DNA of 44,082 nt. It comes from an uncultured Chthoniobacteraceae bacterium. GTDB taxonomy: Bacteria > Verrucomicrobiota > Verrucomicrobiia > Chthoniobacterales > CAKUMP01. The position numbers and the translations under genes were made by a program. Shown here in pieces: positions 21,205-30,232 of the stretch; the stretch's first letter is position 1; every line of letters starts with the position of its first letter. Location: NCBI GenBank assembly GCA_964443575.1, contig CAYUDZ010000005.1, forward strand, positions 1 to 44,082, in the 5' to 3' direction. The notes under the pieces are model-generated. The model saw nothing but the letters and a program-made list of their open reading frames with translations. It was not told where the DNA came from and searched no databases.

Positions 21205-22473
21205 ATGAAATTCGTTTATTTTAAATACCGTGCAGGACGATCAATCGGCCTGCTATCAGTGCTGCTTTTATTTATTTTGGCAGGGGCAGCGTCCGCCCAG
21301 TACTCGTACCAGAGGACGCAAATTACACCAGCTTTGCCACTCGCCCAACCCAGTTACAGCGAACCGAATTACAACTTACGCCTGGGGCCCATGGACTTTT
21401 CTGTTTCCGTTGGCGTAAGTGGTGAGTGGAATGATAATATTGACCTGGCACCGTCAGGTCAGGAATTGGAAGACTTCATCATCCGCCCATTTGCGAATGT
21501 CGATGGGATCTGGAGACTTTCGGATTTGAACACCCTAAGACTCTCTGTGGGTCTCAGCTACAATTATTATCTGGATAATTCTCAATACGATTCTGAGAGC
21601 GTAATTATCACTCCTAATACGGCGCTCTCACTGGTCTTTTTCGTCGGGGATGTCAAAGTGACCCTGAGTGACTCTTTCAGCTATCAGGAAGAGCCCTATT
21701 CGCTGCCCACCATATCAAATCAGGCGACATTCCGTCGTTATGAAAACCAAGCTGGTATACAGCTTGACTACGCCGCCACTGAAGAGTTAACCCTGACTGC
21801 TGGATACACCCACTACAACCTCTGGACAAATGAAGAGGAATTTGCTTCGCTGGAAAGCTCAACAGATACTTTTTACCTACGCCCGTCGTACTCTGTTTCA
21901 CCGTCAATTCAAGTAGGCCTGAATGCATCGGCAAGCTATGCCAACTACACCGAAAGTTCGCGTGGCAATTCACAGAATTATCTATTCGGACCTTATGTAG
22001 ACTTCGCCCTCAGTGAATATACCAGTGTCAACCTGGCGGGCGGCTGGCAGCGCAATGAGTTTGATAATCAGCTCGCTGCAGAAGACAGCACTAGTAGCGA
22101 CAGCTTCTATTTTCGAGGCACGATCTCCAACGAACTTAACGAGTATTATTCCCACTACCTGACTGTTTCCAATTTTGTCGAGCCGGGATTTGACTCCAAC
22201 TACTACACGTCTTTTCGAATCATCTATGGCATGGACTGGAGGATTAGCCCCTATTTTTCATTGCGGCCCGAAATCTTTTACGAGAACTATGGCAGCTCTG
22301 CAGCCAATGGTGAGGAGGGTGAACGCTACGGATTCGATATTGGCTTTGGCTACCGTCTAACTCCATCCATTTCGGTCTCGGCAGCTTATCGCTATCTAGC
22401 TAAGGATGGTAATCTGCCGCTGTCTGATTACGAACAAAATTCTGTCAGGATGTCTCTCGTCTATGAGTTTTAG
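21205..22473 (+). CDS. Outer-membrane beta-barrel protein of polysaccharide export loci (BBP2-like)
   Basis: Signal peptide, EWNDNI, alternating aromatic beta-strands, C-terminal VYEF; adjacent to OPX and Wzc-like genes. Confidence 0.8.
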   Translation: MKFVYFKYRAGRSIGLLSVLLLFILAGAASAQYSYQRTQITPALPLAQPSYSEPNYNLRLGPMDFSVSVGVSGEWNDNIDLAPSGQELEDFIIRPFANVDGIWRLSDLNTLRLSVGLSYNYYLDNSQYDSESVIITPNTALSLVFFVGDVKVTLSDSFSYQEEPYSLPTISNQATFRRYENQAGIQLDYAATEELTLTAGYTHYNLWTNEEEFASLESSTDTFYLRPSYSVSPSIQVGLNASASYANYTESSRGNSQNYLFGPYVDFALSEYTSVNLAGGWQRNEFDNQLAAEDSTSSDSFYFRGTISNELNEYYSHYLTVSNFVEPGFDSNYYTSFRIIYGMDWRISPYFSLRPEIFYENYGSSAANGEEGERYGFDIGFGYRLTPSISVSAAYRYLAKDGNLPLSDYEQNSVRMSLVYEF

Positions 22474-23128
22474 TAAGCACCTAGCAGAATCCACTCGCTC
22501 ATTTCTTCTTGCTTCGCTGGTTTTTCTTACACTGACTGTTAGCGTAGCCGCCCAGCAAAATGAAGTCCGCACGGCAATTCCAGTAGCGGATAGCAATCGC
22601 AAGCTGGGTGTGGGTGACCAGGTTACCTATCAAGTCATGGAAGATAAAGACCCGGCGGTACGCCTAAGGGTCACCGACGCTGGCGAATTGGATATCCCCT
22701 ACCTTGGCAGGGTTAAGGTTGCTAGTCAAACCGTAGCATCCTCGCGCGCCATGATTAAACAATTATTGGAAGAAAAATACTACCACCAAGCTACGGTCAA
22801 GCTGGCCATTGATACTATCGCCAGAAATGTAGAATCCATCGATACTGGCACGGTCCGGGTTAACGGCAAAGTCAATTCACCCGGCCTTCAAAATATTATA
22901 CCGGGAAAGGTGGAAACCCTCGGTGATATCATCACAGCAGCCGGCGGCTTCTCTGAATTCGCCGATAGCCGCAAAGTTAAAATTATTCGTCAGGCCACAG
23001 ATGGTGAAACCTCAAAGACTGAAATCGTAGATATGAAGGCAGTGCTCGAGCGGGGACAAATCGAGAAGGATGTTATTGTGCAGGACGGTGATATCATCAT
23101 CGTACCACAACGCCTGCTCAACTGGTAA
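22463..23128 (+). CDS. Polysaccharide export (OPX/Wza-like) protein, short periplasmic form
   Basis: LGVGDQV, VTDAGELDIPYLGRV (Poly_export), V.GKVNSPG...AGGFSEFA (SLBB), ends DGDIIIVPQRLLNW. Confidence 0.88.
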   Translation: MSFSKHLAESTRSFLLASLVFLTLTVSVAAQQNEVRTAIPVADSNRKLGVGDQVTYQVMEDKDPAVRLRVTDAGELDIPYLGRVKVASQTVASSRAMIKQLLEEKYYHQATVKLAIDTIARNVESIDTGTVRVNGKVNSPGLQNIIPGKVETLGDIITAAGGFSEFADSRKVKIIRQATDGETSKTEIVDMKAVLERGQIEKDVIVQDGDIIIVPQRLLNW

Positions 23129-23138
23129 TAGGCAGTCA

Positions 23139-25259
23139 ATGGAAACACCTATCGAATCAACTGCCGCTGGTAATAATTGGATCTCGCGCTGGTCGGTAAG
23201 GTTTCACCGCTGGAGGGTGCTGTTGAGCAAGCGCTGGTGGATTCTGTTGTTGACCATCAGTATCGGGATTGCCTATCAGGCGTGGGTCGTCTCGCGCAAG
23301 CCCGTGCTTTACCGCAGTGTAGGCGAAATGTTCGTAAGTGGTCAGGTCGAAACACAGACCGGCAGCTCATATTACGAAGAAGTTAATCAATTCTTTGGTA
23401 CCCAAACCAAATTGATGACCAGCTCCAAAGTGCTCGATCGTGCCAGAAATAGACTTCGACGTGAATTTCCCGACTTACAGGGTAGTGCCTCGGTTTCAGC
23501 TGCGCAGCAACCTCGGACATCCATTTTCACTCTGACCGGCGTTGGCAGCAACCCAGATTATACGCAGAAATTTGTTAATGCCGTAATGGACGAATTTATC
23601 AATATGCGTCGCGATTTTCGCCAGGAACAAACTGATGCAATGATGGTCGATATCAGTGAAGAGCTAGCCTCCATGAGAACCGAGTTGGAGCAGCGCGAGC
23701 AGGCATTGGATGATTTTATCGAGGCTAATAACATGGCCTTCTGGGAACAGCAAAGCGAAACTGCAGCACGATTTCTATCACAATTAAAAAACCAGCAGTC
23801 GCAGCTCACTAAGGAGCTCAGGCTGCTGGAAAACCTTACAGCAGACCAGTTGCTCACCCAACAAGCCGCCGGGCTGGATCAAGCACAACCAACTGAGCCA
23901 CTTGATGAGGGCTCAAGTGATGAGTCTCAAGATTATTTTCAGGAATCTTCAAGACCAGGTATGTCCTACTCTAGCGGTTTGCAACAACAGTACATTTCAG
24001 CACGCCAGGAGCTCTTTAAGCTGCAAACTGTTATCGATGAATTTGCCGTGAACCTGAAGCCTGCCCACCCAAAAATGGTTAACTTGCAGGAGCAGAAGGC
24101 ACGCATCGAACGTTTGATGGGATTAATCCGTGAACAAATGGACGAATCTGCCGACGCCCGCATCGTTTCCATCAAGGCCGAGTTGGAAACTATCGAGGCC
24201 AGCATCGAAGATTGGCAGGTCAAGAATCTGGAAGCCCGCAGAAAGGGTACCGAATACGAAAAGTTGGACATTCGCGTGAAGAATGCCCGTGACACCTACT
24301 CCAAACTGCTCAGCACGATTCAAAACCTCGACATCAGTAAGAATATCAACCAGGAGGTCATTCAGATCCTAAATGAAGCCCGCCCGGCAGTCGAAATGCC
24401 ACCGGATGTACCAAAGCATCTGGGCCTCGGCTTATTGATGGGATTTGGTGCAGGCTTCGGTTTGCTGCTACTGCTGGATCGCGCCGACGACCGCATTACA
24501 TCATTCACCGAAGTGACCGAGTATTTCAACCTCCCCATCCTTGGACAGATTCCAACTGAAGTTCCAGATGAGGAAATTGACATTGTACCATTGTTAGGCC
24601 GTGACGATGACCGCTACATGTTTGTCGAAGCATTCCGCAATCTGCGCTCGTCTCTGATCTTTATGCCCGACCAGGAGGAATTACGTACCTTGCTGATAAC
24701 GAGTTCGATTCCCGGAGAGGGAAAGTCGACTATAGCAGCCAATCTGGGGATTACGATGGCATTCGCAGGAACCCGGACCCTGCTGGTGGACGCCGACCTG
24801 AAACGTGGGGACCTGGCACGCATTTTCAATATTGATGGACGGCTCGGCTTCACTACGATTCTGCGTGACGATACTCCGTGGCAGTCAGTCGTCCAGCAGA
24901 CTGACTACGAAAACCTGTCTCTGATCCCGCGTGGTCCTGTCGCTGGTAGCCCCGCTGAGTTATTACTTCAGCATAACCTGGAAAGCTTCATTGGTGAAAT
25001 ACGAGAAGCTTATGACCTCGTCATATTTAACTCTGCTCCTATTTTAGCAACTGACGATACGACGACACTGGCCCCGAGCATCGACGGCACTATCATGGTC
25101 GTCCGTGCATTCGTAACTTCTGCCCGCCTGGCAGAAAACTCGCTCAATGCCCTCTACCAGCGGCAGGCTAAGATAACCGGATTGGTACTCAATTCTGTCA
25201 GCACTGAAGTGAGCGATTATTACCACTATCGCTATAGCCAATATTACACCAGGGCATAG
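23139..25259 (+). CDS. wzc: Polysaccharide co-polymerase / tyrosine autokinase (Wzc-like)
   Basis: Two TMs flanking a coiled coil, HP motif, EAFRNLRS, Walker A GEGKS, LLVDADL, C-terminal Tyr cluster DYYHYRYSQYY. Confidence 0.88.
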   Translation: METPIESTAAGNNWISRWSVRFHRWRVLLSKRWWILLLTISIGIAYQAWVVSRKPVLYRSVGEMFVSGQVETQTGSSYYEEVNQFFGTQTKLMTSSKVLDRARNRLRREFPDLQGSASVSAAQQPRTSIFTLTGVGSNPDYTQKFVNAVMDEFINMRRDFRQEQTDAMMVDISEELASMRTELEQREQALDDFIEANNMAFWEQQSETAARFLSQLKNQQSQLTKELRLLENLTADQLLTQQAAGLDQAQPTEPLDEGSSDESQDYFQESSRPGMSYSSGLQQQYISARQELFKLQTVIDEFAVNLKPAHPKMVNLQEQKARIERLMGLIREQMDESADARIVSIKAELETIEASIEDWQVKNLEARRKGTEYEKLDIRVKNARDTYSKLLSTIQNLDISKNINQEVIQILNEARPAVEMPPDVPKHLGLGLLMGFGAGFGLLLLLDRADDRITSFTEVTEYFNLPILGQIPTEVPDEEIDIVPLLGRDDDRYMFVEAFRNLRSSLIFMPDQEELRTLLITSSIPGEGKSTIAANLGITMAFAGTRTLLVDADLKRGDLARIFNIDGRLGFTTILRDDTPWQSVVQQTDYENLSLIPRGPVAGSPAELLLQHNLESFIGEIREAYDLVIFNSAPILATDDTTTLAPSIDGTIMVVRAFVTSARLAENSLNALYQRQAKITGLVLNSVSTEVSDYYHYRYSQYYTRA

Positions 25260-25271
25260 CAAAGTTTTTTA

Positions 25272-25300
25272 TTGCCACATATTGCCAGTATAATTATTAT
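25272..25300 (+). promoter_or_regulatory. Sigma70-type promoter, probably leaderless mRNA
   Basis: TTGCCA-17-TATTAT, 7 nt before ATG 25308. Confidence 0.6.
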
Positions 25301-25307
25301 CGTCAAC

Positions 25308-25712
25308 ATGAAGACATTAGTTCCCTCGTTGGTAATCCTGATACTGGCAATCGGCACAGCATATGCAGATATTCATATGCCCCCGGCAGCTGATCAAGGC
25401 CCTACAAAAAAATTAAGCCGGGGCGTTGCCAATGTCTTATTTGGCTGGTCGGAATTATCTTATCAGATAGCCGAAGTGAATCACCACGACGGCAACGCGG
25501 CGGCGGCATCCTATGGTCTGGCCCGCGGCGTCGGCAGAACATTCTCCCGCTTCGGCTATGGTGTCTTCGAAATCCTGACCTTTCCATTTCCGACCAACAA
25601 AGGAAAATACACTGCGCCCTATCTTGGCCGAGACCACTGGCTATCTGCTGGATATCATGAATTTCCACCTGAGCTGGGTTGGGAATCCAAGTATGACTGG
25701 AGCCGCGATTAA
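25308..25712 (+). CDS. Putative exosortase-system-associated protein (TIGR04073-like)
   Basis: Signal peptide then KLSRGVAN.LFGW.EL ... G.GRT..R...GVFEILTFPFP. Confidence 0.75.
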   Translation: MKTLVPSLVILILAIGTAYADIHMPPAADQGPTKKLSRGVANVLFGWSELSYQIAEVNHHDGNAAAASYGLARGVGRTFSRFGYGVFEILTFPFPTNKGKYTAPYLGRDHWLSAGYHEFPPELGWESKYDWSRD

Positions 25713-25730
25713 CAGCTAGCAGACTGTAGC

Positions 25731-26522
25731 TTAAGTGACGGGATTGGCTAACGTGCCAATACCTTCAATACTAACCTCGACCAGATCTCCTGCAACCAGC
25801 CAGCGTGGTGGCTGGCGGGCGACCCCGACACCTTCGGGGGTGCCGGTTAGTATGACTGTTCCTGGCAACATGGTACTATCGGCGCTGTAGAATGCGATTA
25901 ATTCAGCAACACCAAAAATCATATCACTGGTATTTGATGACTGCAGGCGCTCACCGTTCACCCTGGTTTCGATAGCCAAATCGTCTGCCGGACCCAACTC
26001 ATCGGCAGTCACAATCCACGGACCCAGTGGACAAAAAGAGTCAAATGTCTTTGCCCGGCACCATTGCCCCCCACCGCGATGCCCCTGCCAGTCACGAGCC
26101 GAAACATCATTGGCACATGTGTACCCCAGCACGAACTCCAATGCATTTTCCTTGGTCGCATTGCGGCAGGTCTTTCCAATAACTACAGCAAGTTCACATT
26201 CGTAATCCACGCACTCTGTCGCCAAGTGCTGAGGCAGGATAATCGGGTGCTCCGGGTGCTGCACGCAACTTGGCATTTTCATGAATAGGATCGGGTACTG
26301 CGGGACATCCTTACCGGTTTCCTCGGCATGGCGCCGATAATTCAGGCCGGTACAAAGAATTGCCGGTGGCTCAACTGGTGCCAGTAACTGCCCGGTAACT
26401 TGCTTTCCAGTCTGCTTAAAGCCTCCTTCAAGGCTCCCTTCAAGCAGTTCCCAACCGCCATCAGGGCGTGAACTGGCGTATACAATGTTACTGTTGGACA
26501 ATCGCAGGCGTACTAGTTTCAA
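25731..26522 (-). CDS. Fumarylacetoacetate hydrolase family protein
   Basis: GLNYRRHA, DYECELAVVIG, NDVSARD, KTFD.FCPLGP, TGTPEGVG; TTG start. Confidence 0.92.
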   Translation of the reverse strand: MKLVRLRLSNSNIVYASSRPDGGWELLEGSLEGGFKQTGKQVTGQLLAPVEPPAILCTGLNYRRHAEETGKDVPQYPILFMKMPSCVQHPEHPIILPQHLATECVDYECELAVVIGKTCRNATKENALEFVLGYTCANDVSARDWQGHRGGGQWCRAKTFDSFCPLGPWIVTADELGPADDLAIETRVNGERLQSSNTSDMIFGVAELIAFYSADSTMLPGTVILTGTPEGVGVARQPPRWLVAGDLVEVSIEGIGTLANPVT

Positions 26523-26530
26523 TGCTACAA

Positions 26531-27385
26531 CTAGAGGTTGGTATAGCGAATGATATGGCCGCCACTTTTCAGCTCAACATAGCGCCGCTCTGCATGTTGC
26601 TTTTGGATAACGAAAGTATTGTTTGTCCCGTAAACTGACCACGGCCCACGCGGGACTTCCTTAAAATTAACAAATTTCCAATCGGTTATATCGATTCCTG
26701 ATAACCCGAGGTAATCACGCACAGCAGGGGAAACGTCCAGCCCGGCACCTTTGTTAATATTCCACTTAGGGCGGTCAGACCCGAAGACATATTGCCAGTG
26801 GTCGGTCCGAAATGGTCCGCAATCTTCCCACTGTGCATAGCAGATTTTGCGCCCTTTCCTGATAGCAACCCATCGCCCTTTGAGTACGGTATGGCCTTGT
26901 TTGACAAAGCGGTCGCGGAACCATGGCACAACCCGTGGCGCTTCGGCCCGCGTTTTTCCACCGCGCATGATATCATTGTAAGGTAGAGCTATATAAAAGG
27001 GGTTCTGGCGTGGAACGAATGCGGCTGGACGATACCCTTTGCGCACTTTCGGATCAGGGTTGTCATAACCACCAAAACTTTGCTTCCAGCGCTTGTCCCA
27101 GGAGCTTGCCGTATTTGGTGTGGGGTTGTTGAGTGTTGGTAGCTCCCCAACCCAAAACACGGTTGTTACTATATTGCGCTTCCAGGGGTAGCGGGAATAC
27201 CTGTGACGCGATGTGGTCGGCACAAAAACCTGCGGTTTGACACGCATTAAGGCATTTTCACGCAATTTGCGGGCGTATTTTTCAAAATCTTCACTACTTG
27301 AGTAAGGAGTCTCTGCTGCTACTGGCGGCACCAATGCAAATAGTAGTGCAGCCAGAGCAAAATATGGCAGGTTCCGGGAGTTCAT
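26531..27385 (-). CDS. Secreted conserved hypothetical protein, probable RlpA/expansin-like double-psi beta-barrel
   Basis: Signal peptide; NPFYIALPYND, AQWEDCGP, GLDVSPAVRDYLG; strongly basic. Confidence 0.6.
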   Translation of the reverse strand: MNSRNLPYFALAALLFALVPPVAAETPYSSSEDFEKYARKLRENALMRVKPQVFVPTTSRHRYSRYPWKRNIVTTVFWVGELPTLNNPTPNTASSWDKRWKQSFGGYDNPDPKVRKGYRPAAFVPRQNPFYIALPYNDIMRGGKTRAEAPRVVPWFRDRFVKQGHTVLKGRWVAIRKGRKICYAQWEDCGPFRTDHWQYVFGSDRPKWNINKGAGLDVSPAVRDYLGLSGIDITDWKFVNFKEVPRGPWSVYGTNNTFVIQKQHAERRYVELKSGGHIIRYTNL

Positions 27386-27392
27386 TGCTACT

Positions 27393-27421
27393 ATCATAGT
27401 CGTTATATGAGCGCGTTGCAA
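27393..27421 (-). promoter_or_regulatory. Sigma70-type promoter, probably leaderless mRNA
   Basis: Minus strand TTGCAA-17-TATGAT, 7 nt before ATG 27385. Confidence 0.6.
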
Positions 27422-27512
27422 ATGCCTAAAGTATGGAATTTGATGCTTTTGGGATGTAAAAAACAGCGGCTAGTCAAGTATTTATTGGTAAAAATTTGTG
27501 AGTAGGCTGTCG

Positions 27513-28889
27513 CTATAGATCGACTGCTTGACCCGGCTGCGGCAGGATGACTTCCGCATCAGGTAGCTTATCATTGATTTGGCTACGGAACCATTCGATC
27601 GCTGCAGGATCACCATGCACTAGCACAATTTTTTTAGGTGCCAGACGTATTGCGTAGTCCAACAAGCTTTCGCGTGAAGCATGCGCACTGAAGTTAAATT
27701 CCTCGATCTGGCAACGGATCTCCTGCTCCGGCAGATCATCATCGGTAGTCGCTCTGCCCCCCATCCCGGCCGCGCGCACCCTGCCGGCCGGAGATTCCGG
27801 GTCGGTATAGCCGACAAAAAACAAACTGCTTTTTGCGTGCGATAGAATGCGTCTGGCAAAGGCATTGGACAGGGTTTTTTCGGTCATCATGCCACTTGAT
27901 AGGGCATAGACCCGGGCTTTATCGATTGGCGTTTTTTGAATTTCCCGGCCACGCAAGGTATAGGCGTCGGTAGCATCGACCAGCCCCAGGCCACTAAATT
28001 GGCGCGGCCAGGCCGCAGAGTTGCGGTCAGTAATTCCAGTAACTTTGGTACTCAAACCTCCAATGTAAACAGGTTTCGTCGTCAACTTACCCAGTTTTCG
28101 ATACTTGTGAATGATTGCCAGCACCTCCTGCGTCTTGCCAAGTGCAAAGACCGGCACCAACGTACATCCGCCACGCACAAAGGACTCCTCGAGGCACTCG
28201 ACGAACCGCTGCTCTTCCTTTTCGCGTGTAAAACCTGCCGCTTGGGGACTGTCACCACGGGTCGTTTCCATGACCAATACGTCCACACCACTTGTCGGAA
28301 AACTAGCCCCCTGACTAACAGTCTGATCATCAAAGTTCACGTCCCCAGTGTAAAACAGACGCTTACCATTGGCTTCGATCAGTATTCCGGTAGAACCAAG
28401 TATGTGGCCGGCATGCAACATTTCAAAGCTGGCAGCAGCAGCCTCGCCGGGTGCCAGGCGTTCACCCTCAAGTGTCCAGCGTGTCCGCAGCGGGCAAAAA
28501 TTGACATTTTTTAGAGTGTCCACAACTTCGCGGTGAGTAAACAAAGGGTAAGCTGTATCACCCGTAGCCAAGCGCTTCTTTTTCATGACGCTGACAGAGT
28601 TATGCAGCATGGCATCAGCCAACTGAGCGGTCGGATCCGACATAAATACGTTGGCTTCTGGGTGGATCCGTTTCAGGTATGGTAAGGAACCGATGTGATC
28701 CTGGTGGGCATGCGTAACCAATATCGCATCGACATTCCCTGCCCCCAGCAGGCTGAAGTCCGGTAAAGCCTCTATCCCCTCGCGCTTCGGGTGCATCCCG
28801 CTGTCGAGGACTATTCGCTGGCCATCAACCTCCAGCAAATATGAGTTGGCACCGATCTCAAGGTCGCGGGTCAGATTTGTAAATTTCAT
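27513..28889 (-). CDS. MBL-fold beta-CASP metallo-hydrolase (putative ribonuclease)
   Basis: THAHQDH, AGHILGS, YTGD, PVFALGKTQE, SSGM, FSAHA, LVHG. Confidence 0.9.
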   Translation of the reverse strand: MKFTNLTRDLEIGANSYLLEVDGQRIVLDSGMHPKREGIEALPDFSLLGAGNVDAILVTHAHQDHIGSLPYLKRIHPEANVFMSDPTAQLADAMLHNSVSVMKKKRLATGDTAYPLFTHREVVDTLKNVNFCPLRTRWTLEGERLAPGEAAAASFEMLHAGHILGSTGILIEANGKRLFYTGDVNFDDQTVSQGASFPTSGVDVLVMETTRGDSPQAAGFTREKEEQRFVECLEESFVRGGCTLVPVFALGKTQEVLAIIHKYRKLGKLTTKPVYIGGLSTKVTGITDRNSAAWPRQFSGLGLVDATDAYTLRGREIQKTPIDKARVYALSSGMMTEKTLSNAFARRILSHAKSSLFFVGYTDPESPAGRVRAAGMGGRATTDDDLPEQEIRCQIEEFNFSAHASRESLLDYAIRLAPKKIVLVHGDPAAIEWFRSQINDKLPDAEVILPQPGQAVDL

Positions 28890-28895
28890 TGCGCC

Positions 28896-28924
28896 AGCAT
28901 GGACGCATCCTTGTACAGTGACAA
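28896..28924 (-). promoter_or_regulatory. Sigma70-type promoter, probably leaderless mRNA
   Basis: Minus strand TTGTCA-17-CATGCT, 6 nt before ATG 28889. Confidence 0.55.
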
Positions 28925-28972
28925 CCGCAATCGGATTACACGGACCGCGATCACCATTCAAGGGCTAACCCG

Positions 28973-30232
28973 CTATTGCGGACGGGCCTGCATGCTCGAG
29001 ACCGCCTCGAAGATACTGGTCACAATCGTATAGACTACGACGCCGACAAGTAAGGCAATACAAGTGATGACAACCGGCTGGATCAACGCGGTAATCTGCT
29101 GGATGCGACGGTTCATTTCTTTTTCGTAACGCGTCGCGGCTTTCTCCAGGCTGCTGGCTAAATCACCCGTCTGCTCACCGACCCCCACCAGATCAACAAA
29201 TACCTCCGGGAAACCTCCAACCCGTTTCATCGCTCGCGAAAATGCACCGCCATCTGCCACGATGTTGGCTATCCGCTCGATTTTACCGGAGTAATATGTA
29301 TTGCCGGAGGCCTCTTGCATCAACTTGAGTCCTGATAGTAAAGGCAGCCCGTTACCCACCAGGTTAGCCAGAGTCTGGCAAAACTGCGCCAGGAAACCGC
29401 AGTTAATCACGGGACCAAACAGCGGTAAACCCAACTTGAACCGATCCCACCAGACACGTCCCTCAGGCCGCTTGATTACGGCCATAAACGCTATTACCAC
29501 AAGCACGATCACCGCCAATATTATCCACCAGTAAGAACTGAAAAAGTTACTGGTACCGATCAGCAGCTTGGTCAACAAGGGCAGCTCACGCTCAGATTTT
29601 TCAAATAGCTTGATCAGCTGAGGTACCAACACCAGCATGAACAACACCATCATCAGTAATCCGGCCCCCACAATAAACGCCGGGTAAATTAGCGCCTGGA
29701 TAATTTGACCGCGCAAATCAGCAATTATCGAAAGATAGCCAACCTGTCGCTTCAAAATTTTTGGCAGAGCACCGCTCAGCTCCCCGGCCGCACACAAGCT
29801 GCAATACAGGTCACCAAAACTGGGACTGGATTGTTTCAATGCTTCAGAAAAACCGGTTCCGTCCCTGACCTTGCGCCGCAACATGCCAGCCAAAGCTTTG
29901 ATTTGGGATTTTTCCTGGCGTTGCTCGATAATTCGCAGTGCCGACTCTAGCTGCAAACCTGCATCCAGCAGATCGCTTAATTCCTCGGTAAAAAAAATGA
30001 TCTGCTGCTTCGATAAGCGCACTTTCCCATCTATTGGTGCCTCAGATTCGCGATCGGCATCACTACCCTGGCGCTTTGTAACAACCTTCTCCTGGCCAAG
30101 CTGAATGACGCTGACCGGTTGCAACTTCTGCCTGTCCAACTGGATGATGGCATCGGCCTTGTTGCGTGCCTCGATTTCACCGGTGAGCGTCCGCCCCTCA
30201 CGATTGGCCGCCTTGTAACTAAAGACGCTCAC
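28973..30232 (-). CDS. gspF: Type II secretion / type IV pilus platform protein (GspF/PilC)
   Basis: FSYKA, two T2SSF repeats (AGELSG.L, VGEQTG.L), ALIYP, C-terminal TM. Confidence 0.9.
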   Translation of the reverse strand: MSVFSYKAANREGRTLTGEIEARNKADAIIQLDRQKLQPVSVIQLGQEKVVTKRQGSDADRESEAPIDGKVRLSKQQIIFFTEELSDLLDAGLQLESALRIIEQRQEKSQIKALAGMLRRKVRDGTGFSEALKQSSPSFGDLYCSLCAAGELSGALPKILKRQVGYLSIIADLRGQIIQALIYPAFIVGAGLLMMVLFMLVLVPQLIKLFEKSERELPLLTKLLIGTSNFFSSYWWIILAVIVLVVIAFMAVIKRPEGRVWWDRFKLGLPLFGPVINCGFLAQFCQTLANLVGNGLPLLSGLKLMQEASGNTYYSGKIERIANIVADGGAFSRAMKRVGGFPEVFVDLVGVGEQTGDLASSLEKAATRYEKEMNRRIQQITALIQPVVITCIALLVGVVVYTIVTSIFEAVSSMQARPQ

